Shown: in pieces, positions 36,178 to 48,086 of the stretch | Numbering within the stretch: position 1 is the first letter of the stretch | Layout: each line of letters begins with the position of its first letter | Assembly: GCA_051362555.1 (NCBI GenBank) | Contig: CM120640.1 | Span: 6,820,001 to 6,884,000, forward strand | Direction of reading: 5' to 3' | DNA from: Lingula anatina | Lineage: Eukaryota > Animalia > Brachiopoda | DNA length: 64,000 nt | Notes under the pieces: generated by a model | Told to the model about the DNA's origin: nothing | What the model saw: the letters and a program-made list of their open reading frames with translations, nothing else | The model's database searches: none | Translations under genes and position numbers: made by a program

Positions 36178-36239
36178 GGCCACACTTTTTGATTTTTATG
36201 GATGACATCCTACGCGCGCACCGATTTTCGTCCGTTCTC

Positions 36240-36294
<55 letters not shown>

Positions 36295-37249
36295 GGAAGT
36301 CGGTTGTCGCAAACGTCGTTGTTGTATTTGCCGGAAAATGCAATCGGCAATCCTCGGCTAATTCCGCAAGCTCCATACTGTCATTGTCGACTGCGGAGAC
36401 ATCCGAGTAGTTCCGAGTGCGGAAAATGAGCTTTCTGCGAATGCGTATTATCACCACGTGGAAATATGGCCGCTTTGCCGTCAAATTCATCTCTAGCATT
36501 AATTTCAAAATACACGACAATTAAAGTCATAAAGAGAACGGGGGCCGTCGTTTTGGATTGGTTTGCCATTGATATTGGACATGGAGATATCACCCTTTTA
36601 CAATTATACGAAAGGCTGGCCGCGGCCAGCGATCATCGTCCGGAAAATTTCAGTGACATACCAAGTTTTTTTTTGTAGCGAAAAAAGGGTCGACAAGAGC
36701 GTCGTGGTATTTGGTGGACTGAAGGTCGGACAGGCCACCCGATAGTTGGCTGCTACGTGTGAGTCGAAGTAGACAAAATGGCATCGACCGAAATTACCTT
36801 TTTTAGATTTGGTAGTAGGAAGCATAGGCCTATCTTTGCTTCATTTTTTTAACAAATTGTGAAGTGTTTACAATGCTTTAATTTTCTGATAGTACAAATA
36901 AAGACATAATGTTTATTTGATATTTGTTTTATTGATTGCTATACCAACAGAATGCATGAAATAACCTTAAATAGATTTGGTAATATGCAGCATATATATT
37001 CATGACTTTTTACCTTTCTACGAAGTAGGCCCTATTCACAATGCTTTAATATTTTTGAGAGCATGGATAAAGACATATTATCTTTATCCATGCTCTCAAA
37101 ATAGTTGTAAATTAGTGTTTCCAGCTGTGTACTGAAAACATAACTTTTCTTAAGCAATTTTTTTTTTTGGACGGTTTTTTTTTTCGCCCGCTCGCACCGA
37201 TTTTGGGGTCCCCAGAGGATGTCATCCATAAAAATAAAAAAGTGCGGCC
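36178..37249. mobile_element. Non-autonomous DNA transposon, GGCC termini, TTA TSD (PIF/Harbinger- or Zator-type)
   Basis: TIR GGCCACACTTTTTGATTTTTATGGATGACATCCT / AGGATGTCATCCATAAAAATAAAAAAGTGCGGCC, TTA on both sides; empty site ATCATTAGCTT in the paralogous spacers (~18215, ~21862, ~44750). Contains a 51-nt C run (36242-36292). Confidence 0.85.
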
Positions 37250-39036
37250 TTAGATTAAAGGATGATTCTCCGCGAGCGCAGTGCTCCACGTAACGTGTCT
37301 TACATGAAAATGATGTCATCGCCGACGGTGCCCACATGTGCGTAAAGCTATGAAAATTACTTTGGGTTTGAAAATTGTTCTATTCCTATTTTCTTTTATA
37401 GCCAGTGTGCTTGAAATGCAATATTTAGCCTTCACGTAGCCCCATTGCTACAGCTATGCCATATGAGTGCGCATCCCAGCACAATCCTTTCTCGGGTATC
37501 GCAGTATGAGCAAGCAAAAAAAAAAAAAAAGAAAGAAAAAAAATTACAATTACTTTGAATTATACATCTTAAATATTTATAGTAAAACATTCCGTACTAA
37601 TGTTTTGTCCAAAATATAGAGTATGTGCTATTTAAAAGAGAAAATTAAGCCAAAGCCTATAAAACTACTTTTTTTCACTCAGTTAAGAAGTTGACTATTT
37701 GACTTCTTCAAAGCCAATTTTTTTATAGCCCTATAGGTGTGAGATGTTTGTGTGTGTGTGTGTGTTTTTAATATATATATTTCTGAAATGACCAATGAAT
37801 CTTTCATGCTTAATTAACAGAGATTGATAAAGATTTGTTTTGAAATAAAATTTTGAAGTATACAGAATCTGGGGCGTCATGATACATGGTGCTGACGGCG
37901 GCTCCACTGTAGTCTACCCTGCAAACATTCATCATCACCAAGTCGGCTGACGTTGAAATCGGTACAGGTGTAATGGTTATGGAGGCTTTTCCAAGAAATC
38001 GAAGCTTGGGATGATCTACCGGAAGTAGTATGTAGTATAAAGAAACATAGCCGAAATATACTCGATTATTATCGTTTAAGCCGTCATATCGTTGCTATCT
38101 TTTCAATTATGTCAAATAACGCACTCGCCGAAAAAAAGTGAAGAATAAAATGGATTTTTAAAATTCATTTTATTAATATATCTATTAATATGTTGATAAA
38201 TAACTCTCTCAAAAAGTTATAGATTTTATATAATTCCCAATATTTGTAATACATAACTGGCCTGGCGTAAGATATTCCAAAGGCTGGCTAAGCAGGACCA
38301 CCACACCCATCTCTAAACACTTACAAAAATATTTGGATGATATATTTGTTGATTTTTCTCAAAAATATATAGACGTGTTTTTGTGTTAAAAACGAGTCAA
38401 CATTTTTTAGGACAAATTGACAGTTGTAGTTGATACTCCATCTATACAGTCAAAATAAACAAAAAAATATATGCGTCTCTCCAATTAATACGTCAATATA
38501 ATGTTTACAATTAACAGTTCAAATTATTAACAATTGCCAAAATTCAATCTTGTTGATCATAGATATATTTTGTATAAAAATAAAATGAACAAGGCAAGTT
38601 GAACAAATTCTCGATAAAAAAAATCTATGTGTAAAATAGTACAAAAAAAGAACGAACAATAGGACTTGACTAACTATTGATTTGAACAATCAATAGTTAT
38701 TCATTTTAATAAACATCAAGCGGTGCAACAGGTGTAAGTTACTTATTAATAAAATAATATTTGGTGTAGACTCCGTAGGATTATGCAATGGTTTTATTAC
38801 CCTTACATGTAACATTCAATCACGGTGAATAAAATTAATTATTTGCTTTAATATAGAGTATAAACAAGATATTCCTAAATTTTTGAGAGAGAGAGTTGTA
38901 TTTTGTCTGTTCCTCGAAGATGTTGCACGTAAAGTTCAAGGATACCTGATTTTCAACCGAGTTGGTGACTCAGTGTTTGGTCATGTTTCTTGTTGGAGAG
39001 TTTAGGCTCTTCTGACAGTTTAGGTGCTTCAGCGGG

Positions 39037-42000
39037 TCACATTGAAGTTAACCGTTCCTCTTCGTTCATGTCATTTTTTTCCGGAATCTAAATAAAACTT
39101 TTTAGGTCATTCTTATTTAGTCATTAAAAATATGTTGCCTTCAAATAAAAAAAACGGAATAGGCCTATAATATGTGGACTTCTCCGTGACCAGTATACGA
39201 TTCACAACTGAAACTTTCATTTACTGCAAAAGGAGAATTTTAATGAAAAGCCGATGAAAAATTGTATAATACTTACAGTGAAGAGTGCGCTTGATGACAT
39301 TTTGTGATGCAAAGTCTTGCACTTGCTGCACGCTGAAACGGAAAATATCTATCTCAATGGAATATAACTAAAAAATAAATATTGGACATGCAGGTAACTA
39401 TCTCCAATCTGAAGGTGCGACTTTAGGTCTTCAAAAATACACAACAAAATGCTTACCATGTCGACTGATAAACTCGTCTGCAACCCAGTTTCCGTGATGA
39501 TGTTCTTTATTTGATCCAGTATCTTCTCCTAAAATCCCACTGTATTTTCTCTGTATTGGTGTCCCACCTTGTCTGACTATGTAGTGGTAAATGAACGTGG
39601 CTAGGCATGCTCCAGTAATAGGGCCGACCCAGTACAGCTGTGGGGAAAATAGGACTCCGTTCACATGAAAAATCTATTTTCTAAAAATCTATTTTCTATT
39701 CGCGGTATCTTGTGATCACTCCGAGCACAGCCGAGAATTAATTACAGCTTTGGAAGTAACTGGCTCGCGCTGCCAGTAATTACGCCGCGGGGTATTCAGG
39801 GCACAGACCGTGATCACAAGATACCGCGAATAGAAAATAGATTTTTAGAAAATAGATTTTCCATGTGAACGGAGCTTTAAGTCAGAAAAGCGTGACGATT
39901 ATATTCTTGTCATGATTCGAGTTAATTCATGTTTATTTGGTTTTTATTTTAATTAAATAAATAATTAATTAAAATTTGTATGTGACGGAGTCTCTTCAAT
40001 CTAAGTATACGCAAATAATAACCACCGAGAATAGTTCTTAAAATGTTTTTTTTTTATTTCATTTTATTTGTTTGTTTATTTGTTATTAATCATTATTATT
40101 ATCAATTTGTATTATATGTAGCATAATCACCCAACTATGCTCCCACTCGCCAGCTATGAAGGAACGTCCAAATGATATACATGGGTTCAACATCGTACCA
40201 GATAAATCTGCCTAAAATATCAACGGTAATCATTCTTAACATTAATAATTGATTTCTGTCTATGAAAGGGGAGTATTTAACCGGATTGAACTTTTTTTAT
40301 TAATATTAAGACGTAAACAACTATGTAACAGAATATAAAGGGCAGATTTCAAAACTACTTTTATCTATTGTGATGAACAAACACATGATTGATAAAAATA
40401 CACCCAACTGCACCTTTTAATCAGACTCATTTCTCTAACTGTGACTTCTTGGTATCCCCTTTCGTACATGAACGCGTCAACTCCAAAGGTTAATACATTT
40501 ACTTGTATATAACAATCAAGCGCTTTTAAAAAAGAGGAAGCATGTTAATCTGTTAACCTGGGCCCCGTATCTCGAAAGCTTCGCTATGTTGCGCACGTGC
40601 GCGAGCATGGCGAGCGTGCGCTATTTGCTAGTGCAATTGCACCCACCTGCTATCTCGAACCCTTAGCAAACGCAACGCAATTATAACCTCAAACTCTACT
40701 AAAATTCGATTGCCGCATAAAGTGAAGACGTCATCACACAATTACACAAAATGTAATTTTTTTTCACCATGACGCAAATCAAGAGGTTGTTTTTATTTAT
40801 AGGAATATCATAATTACAAATACTGATATTTAAAGTATTTGACATCAATAAAATGTCAAAAAAAAAACAATTCAATAAGCGAAGCTTGGACTGACACAAT
40901 TACCGACACATTGGTGAGTAGTGTTCAGTCTCACAATAGTAGACATTGAGGAAGGTCACGGTGCGACCGAATGCTTTGTTTTTGCTTTTTCATTTTGTGT
41001 AGAAAATGACACTTTTCAATTAATTATTTTTATCAATAGACTACACAGATGAATTAAATTCACCAGAAAATATAAAATGATGTATGAATTGTTTAATTTT
41101 GAATTTTTTCTGCATAATAAAACAAGACTTTAGCATTCTTCATGTGAATATTTACCGCAAGTTTTTTTCTATCAGAGGTACCAGTGATTCAATCAATTAA
41201 AAGCTTCCATGTTTTTGTTATATGTTTTATTATATGCTATTATGACTAGCAACCCAAACTTGCCACCATGTTTAATTACATGAAAGACACATTAAAATGA
41301 CGAATTATGCATACGCAGAGGCCTTTGCGACTAGTTTGTATCGCCGCAAATAATAGCCTCGAAACTAATGGTGATTTCGACATTAGCGCACGGACGCACG
41401 TGCGCAACAAAGCGAAGCTTTCGAGATACGGAGCCCTGATTGCATTTAGCGCTAGTTCCCACGAAGTTGAGTCGATCTACGTTGGCTCGACTGATCAACT
41501 TACCCCGGTAACGATGGCTATTGTCACCCACAGTCCGATGGGCAGTCCCCAGGATGGGTCATATGGGTGATAGTGGGTATCAATAGACCCCAGAGCAATG
41601 AAGACCATGACAAATGTGTTAAAGACTTCAATTCCAAAAGCTTGTGCCAGAGTCACTTCATGATGATGCCGTACGTAGCCGCTGATCTGACGACCGGGTG
41701 GAACCAATCTGAAAGAAAGAAGAAATTAAGAGAAATGTCTCCACTCACACATAATGCTTGATCATACAGAGAAAGCTAGCATTTGAATAATCATTTCTAT
41801 GTATATGTGTATCTAAAATAGAGGGAAATACCTGAAACAATAGCTTTACAAGTTGTAAGTGTCAAGTAATGTTTTGTTATTATTATTATTTTTGTCGTTA
41901 ATTCTACTCTAAATTTTTTTATTGACATTGTTCTTACGCTTTAGGCAGCCATGATCCCAAAACTGCTCCGGTACACTGGACAACGACATATATCAGCGCT

Positions 42001-43494
42001 AAAAATTAAAAAGGCACTTAGACTGGGTTTCATTTCTAAATAGCAATGCATTTTGATTACTATTTGGAACATGACGATTATAAAAATACAATGGAGTGTT
42101 TCCTTTTTTATCTAAATAAAACAATGTATTTATCAGAAGTACCACCTATAAATAAAGGAATTCATACATTTATTGTCGTGAAAATAAACTGATGATCAAT
42201 ACGTACAATAACTAAAATGAATTTGGCGAAAAAATAAAGAAAAAATTATTTTAAAATACAATGTAAATAGAAAAAATTGAGGAATCCCTCAGATGGTTCC
42301 TTGAAGTCGTGATACAAGTTAACCAGTATTATTTATAAAACAATGGCGCAGTAATTTAAGATAGCGGCAATAGTTTTGTCATGTTACCTTTCAGAGGTGT
42401 GAACTGCTTAGAAATGAGGAGTGCCAGACTGACAGCAGGGCTGATGTGTGCACCGCTGACGTGACCAATAGCAACAATAATGCAGTACACGCAGAAGCCT
42501 GTAAAAGCAATTCCTATAATGTTTTAAGGAACTAAGGTTGAACATTTGATGCTTTGAATTCCAGCTCTGCTCTGCATCTGTCAGATATGTTGCTCACAAT
42601 TTTATTAAACTTGCTGACTTAAACGTTCAATGGAACAATTACCTTTTAAACATTTTCAGAACAAGAATTTTAAGTGGGTCCCCATATCTGATCCGCGGAG
42701 TAGTTAGTCGGTTGTCGTGAATCCGGCCTTACAGATGTGGCTGCAACTGATTGATACGGGAAGGGAACCATTGGGCAGTTTTACAAAATGACCTGGGTAG
42801 AAGTTACAACAGTGTGTTCTTTCGACTGCAGCTAAAAGCTTAAAGCTGTTATTGAAAGAAAATTTTATTATAACTTTTATTGCATAACACAATTGATAGA
42901 ATTTTTTGCCAGGTTTTATGGACCAGGAGGACAACATACTATAGTACGTGGAAACATGGCATTAAATTTGATGCCGAATTCGAAAGTTTGCAAATTTCTC
43001 ACTGATTGTGAATCAGACCAATAATTAAACATTTGTCAAAGCAGAAACGTGGTCATTGACCTTACAGTTAGAGTTGAAACCGGTCCATAGGCTGGCTGTA
43101 TGGTTTACGTATGAAATATATGGAAGTTAGACAACCTTAACCTTGTTATTCGTTATTCCCCATTATACGCTAGCCCTACATTATGAAACTGAAGGTGCGT
43201 GTAACAGAGGCCAGAGAATCCATCCTCCTTAAGCTTCATTAAGGAAAGCACTATGTAAGTGGGTCAAAATAGCTTACCAGTACACATTTTAAACTTACCC
43301 ATTCCTACCGCTACCCCTAACGTCGTAACATACTTTGGACAGTCAGCTAGTGCAACCGTCAACAACAAACCGTTAGCCAAGAGAATAAACGTTCCTATCA
43401 TTTCTGCGCATACGGCTCTCCAGAACTGAAGTGTTTTAATGTCTTTTATTTCACTTCGGAATTGATCCAAAACTTTCTCCTTCCAGGTCCCCAT
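39037..43494 (-). CDS. Aquaporin (MIP family) copy C, 313 aa, SPA / NPC motifs
   Basis: Exons 43494-43299, 42498-42388, 41998-41938, 41708-41504, 40211-40131, 39637-39457, 39332-39277, 39087-39037; 942 nt open; loop B reads [12 protein letters not shown]; ends RLTSM*. Confidence 0.94.
39652..39877. mobile_element. Palindromic MITE (~225 bp, Harbinger-like) in intron 5 of aquaporin C
   Basis: ~65-bp inverted arms CTCCGTTCACATG...CATGTGAACGGAG; absent from copy B (AAAATAAGTCAG, ~23897-23908). TSD not clean. Confidence 0.85.
40561..41435. mobile_element. PIF/Harbinger-like MITE with CTG TSD in intron 4 of aquaporin C
   Basis: TIR GGCCCCGTATCTCGAAAGCTTCGCT / AGCGAAGCTTTCGAGATACGGAGCC, CTG at 40558-40560 and 41436-41438; absent from A and B. 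Confidence 0.85.
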
Positions 43495-43575
43495 GGTGTT
43501 CGTTGTGGGTAAACGTTGTGTTTGCAATTTTGATGACAAGAGAATGGTAGAGTGCTGTCAATTCTGTACTACTGG

Positions 43576-43668
43576 AACTGAACACACGCTGAGCAAGCGA
43601 GGGAATTTATACGCGCACGTGTGCCACTTATATGTCTTTCATATGAGCTACAATGGAGGAGGCGGAGT
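43576..43668 (-). promoter_or_regulatory. Core promoter of aquaporin C
   Basis: TATAAAT 43611-43605 lies 32 nt from the A of Inr TCAGTT (43581-43576); GC box near 43660. Confidence 0.7.
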
Positions 43669-45302
43669 CTAGGGGTATCTGGTTGGTTGGTTGTGAGCAT
43701 TTTGGCATTCTTTTACGTAATAATGATGTAAATTTATGTTTTAAGAAGCTCCAGAATCCCGCGTGAATGAGAAGACTTCCCTCCCCAGGTTCAAGGCGGC
43801 TCATGATTGCCTGTTGTTACAGAAAGGACCACTGGGTATGTCTCAGGTATATTCCCGACAAAATTACAGTTTAAAGCAAGATAACACACACCTTTTACCT
43901 GTGTCACTTGCTAGGTCTCTGACACCCTTGCATCCCATCGATAAAACGAAAACAAACAGCATCCAGTATAAAAACTACGGACAAATAGAATATCAGAAAT
44001 TAATTAAAGGTTGACATGCTAATGCGGCATATTAGTGTTAGGTATATCACGTTTTATTCTGACAGTTTTTAAGAATGTATCATAGCTAAAAGCTACATGT
44101 ATCCTTGCACCATAGCCCATTGGAACCTGTGCTTGGGTTTTACTTGAGCGACTCATGAAAGACGGAATCTGTCATGGTATGTCGCCTTTTACAATTACTG
44201 CACTGTTTGGATCTCAAAAGTACCTTTACTAGAATAAAAAAATTAAAAGAAGCGAAGTGCCTTTCACAAGATCCATACGTTGCATGTTTCTTATTAAACA
44301 TGGTGTCCTTAAATCAAAACGATCGTGCCACAAGTACGTTAAGCACGGATTTAGTAGCAAACAGAAGAAACATCAAATAATTTGTATGTAAGAATGGAGA
44401 TAATGGAAAGAATGAAATGTGTAAAGGAATGGGAAAATGATTGTGGGTTGTTAAAGCTTTACTTCTGTTTACTGCCAATTGTAAATGCAAATTAGATATG
44501 CTCAACATGTCCCGAATAGTGAAAGTAACCTTGCATTATCGATTGCCAAAGAAGTATCACAAAGTGCAGGAATTTCCAAGAGGCCTGAAAGAGCTGTTCC
44601 TAGCATAGGAGATCCCTCGACAACCTTCTTCTTTTTTCATAATATCAAAACTCACTAACTTGCCTTTACTACGAGTATTTCTGAGTGTAATTGATAAAAA
44701 AAATACCAAGAGATGGTCCGCTTCCATATGGGTGCAGTAAAACATCATTATCATTAGCTTAAACATAAAGGGTGATTTCCGCGTAGGTAGCACTTCACGT
44801 AACGTGCCTTACATGAAAATGATGTCATCACCAACGGTGTCAACATCTGCGTAACGCGATGAAAATTACGTTGGGTTTGAAAATTGTTAAATTTATTTTT
44901 TGTTTTAGAGGCTTCGTGCAAGATAGATTAAAAATGTAATTTGGCCTTGACGCAGGGTTCAGTGTTACAGCTATGCCATATGAGTGCGCATCCAAGCACA
45001 ATCCCTTCTCGGGTATTGCAGTATGACTCTATGAGCAAGAAAAAAGTTTACAATTATTTTGACTTATACATTTTGAATATTTCTAGCAAAAAATTCCGTA
45101 CTGATGTTTTGTTTTCAAATAAAGAGTGTGTGTGCTTTTTAAAGGAGAAAATTAAAACAAATGCCTATAAAATTACTTTTTTTTATTCAGTTAAACTATT
45201 TGACATCTTTAAAGCCAAATTTATTGCTTTGAATATGAGTGTTGAGAAGCCCTAGGTGGGAGATGTTTGTGTACAATGACCAATGACTTTTTCATATTAA
45301 AT

Positions 45303-45716
45303 TGTTACTTCCAAAGCTGTAATTAATTCTCGGCTGCGCTTGGAGGAGATTTTGACACCTTGACGCATGCGCAGTAGTATCTCTTAGCTGTGGAGTTCAT
45401 CAGTTGAGTTGTGACGACTCAAGCATACAGACGCGTAATATTGCTAGTGGTAGTGCTTGTTGTTGCACAAAATCGACAAACACATTTTTCAAAGCAACTG
45501 CGACCGCCATTTACTTTCTAACTTCCTACTGCGCACGCGTCAACGTATGAGAATCTCCTCCGAGCGCAGCCGAGAATTAATTACAGCTTTGGAAGTAACT
45601 CGCTCGCGCTGCCAGTAATTACGCCGCGGGGTATTCAAGGCACAGACCGTGATCACAAGATACCGTCAATAGATTTTTAGATTTTTAGAAAATAGGTTTT
45701 TCATGTGAACGGTCCC
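45303..45716. mobile_element. Left-truncated longer relative of the 39652 MITE
   Basis: Right ~160 bp nearly identical to 39720-39872, ending GTGAACGGTCCC|TTA; internal ~70-bp inverted arms; left TIR missing. Confidence 0.75.
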
Positions 45717-48086
45717 TTATAAGAACATCGTGGCATTTCGCACTAATGACAAGTCTTTTCTCCGCAACTCTGCGCAACTCAGCTGAATGTTATTGATTAA
45801 GTGCTTTTAACATTCGTTGACATTCTGTCACGCTTGCGGTCTTAGGCACCCTGGCTCCCCCTTGCTAAAATGAAGACAAAAACTGAGACAAGCAGACTCC
45901 AGTAGGCCTATAAAAACTATGGAAAAAGAGAATTTTAGAGATTTGATAAGGATCGTTTTTTTTTTTTCAGTTTCACACGATGGAAAAATATTGAAGCCCC
46001 CTAACTTGGAATGTTTATGGTTTAAATGAACAGTCATAAGCCAGTGGGGACAGAGAGCTTTACCCAGAGTTGGAAATTTTGCTATGTTTGTCGTCAGTGT
46101 CCAATGATAATTAAACGTAGACGACATCTCCTCGTTGCTTTTGTCTTTCAAGAATACCTTGCATGATATCTTTACACTTGGGGCATCTTATCCTTGAATA
46201 AGGGGGGGGGGGGGTCAAAAAGACAGAGGCCATAAATTCACAGAATCACAGAAGATGTCAAGATTATGCCAGGAAACAAAGACGGAGAAAATGACGGCTG
46301 TAAACGGACGTGGAGATGATAAAATTATGCATTATGCAACCAGCTTATCCTTCAGATAAAAGAGGAGGCATTATTACCCTTCAGATTTCCAGGACAGACT
46401 TTAAACTGCAACTGCACACGTCAGCGACTAAAACATTAATGCACTTTAACCCTCACATTCTGCTTAGAATTATCACACGGGGAATGGAACTGCATTAACC
46501 ACGTAATGTGCAATACTCTACTAATTTGTTCCACCTAAGTAACTTGAAATTATTTTAATTGCTATTGCTTAAGTCTGGTATATCAATGGTTTTGTTAAAA
46601 CTGTTACAAAAGACTAGAGATTCACAGAGTACTGAAAAAATGAATATACTCCTGCTTTTCGAAATAATTCCAAGCAAGATTGAACGATTAAGCCTTAGTG
46701 ATATTGTTCTTGCTGTACTACGTGAATGCGCATCCAAACAAAACCGCCCATTCGTGGTATTGCACCATTTACAAATTCGTGTTCCCCCTTGTTGTCATTA
46801 ATAACAGGTATCCCAGTGCTATCAAAATAACATGAATTCCTCAAAAGCAAGTTAAAATAAATTAGTAGCAATGCTTACAAAGCTGCACATCTTACACATT
46901 GTGAAAATGAACGTGTAATGCCGGTGCTGGTATACTTCATACTAAAAGACACAGAAATGATGCTCAATACCTAGTAAATATCGTTTTATAATTAACAAAG
47001 TTAAAACAGTTTAAGCATGGTTTATTCAAGTTATATAAATCATGATTTACAAAATTCTCTTTATATTGCTGTAAAAACTTAGTACAGTTTTCATGTAAAA
47101 GAACCCATTTGATTTTGATTAAATACTTGCAATTCACAATAAATGTGATTTTGCATAATTCAAAAGTGCATAATATAAGTTTACAAAGGACAGACATTTT
47201 ACATTAATGCAATCAAATATTATGAAGTTAAATAACTTTTTTATAATTAGTCTATTCCAGGTTAACTCCATGAAAAGGTGTTTTTGACAGGTCTAGATCC
47301 TAGAACAGTTCTAGGACTTATCTAGAATATTCTTATACCACCTACTGATGTGTTCTATTACATCATACAAAGGGGAAGTTTATGTAAGATTAAACCAGAT
47401 AGTTATAAAATTTTTAAAATATGTTTGAGCAGTACTGATTACTGTATCAACTTCTTAACAAGATAACTTGCAAACATATATTACTACTGAACATAAACAA
47501 ACATGAACAGAAAATGATATTTAGGACTAGATTTACACTGAGCACATAATAAAGGAACTGTAAACATTTAAAATAGAATCAATAACTGAAGAGTAATCCC
47601 CCCCCCCCTTTATCTATTTACAAGATAGAAATACTAGTAGACAGTGCATATTACTTTTTTAAAAAACTATAAACACATTAATGTTTTTTTTTCTTAGTAA
47701 AATCTGTATCATACAGCTGAACTGCTGGTCACATTGTATTGTACAAGTTATCATCCAGTTCCCATGTTGTTGCATGGGAAAATATATCATTTGTCAAATT
47801 AAGAAAAGAATATTCACTTCTGAATAAATAATAGTATATTAAAAACTAAGACAAAAACAAATATATTAAAGTTGTTACTACACATGTACATGTATATTAA
47901 CTATAAATGGATGGAAATTTGATCCTTAGTTGTCAAGCTATATACTCATCTACATTGTTGCATAGAGAAATCATCTGAGCAATAAAAAGGATTTTAAAAA
48001 ATATAAGTAAATACACATCTTAATTAAGGGCAGTAAGACAAAAAAAAAAGTGGACGGCTTTTAAATAGAAACAGTAACAACATATT

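Noticed and set aside
36110-36520. Poly-Pro and poly-Gly ORFs
   Set aside because: Produced by the C homopolymer inside a transposon.
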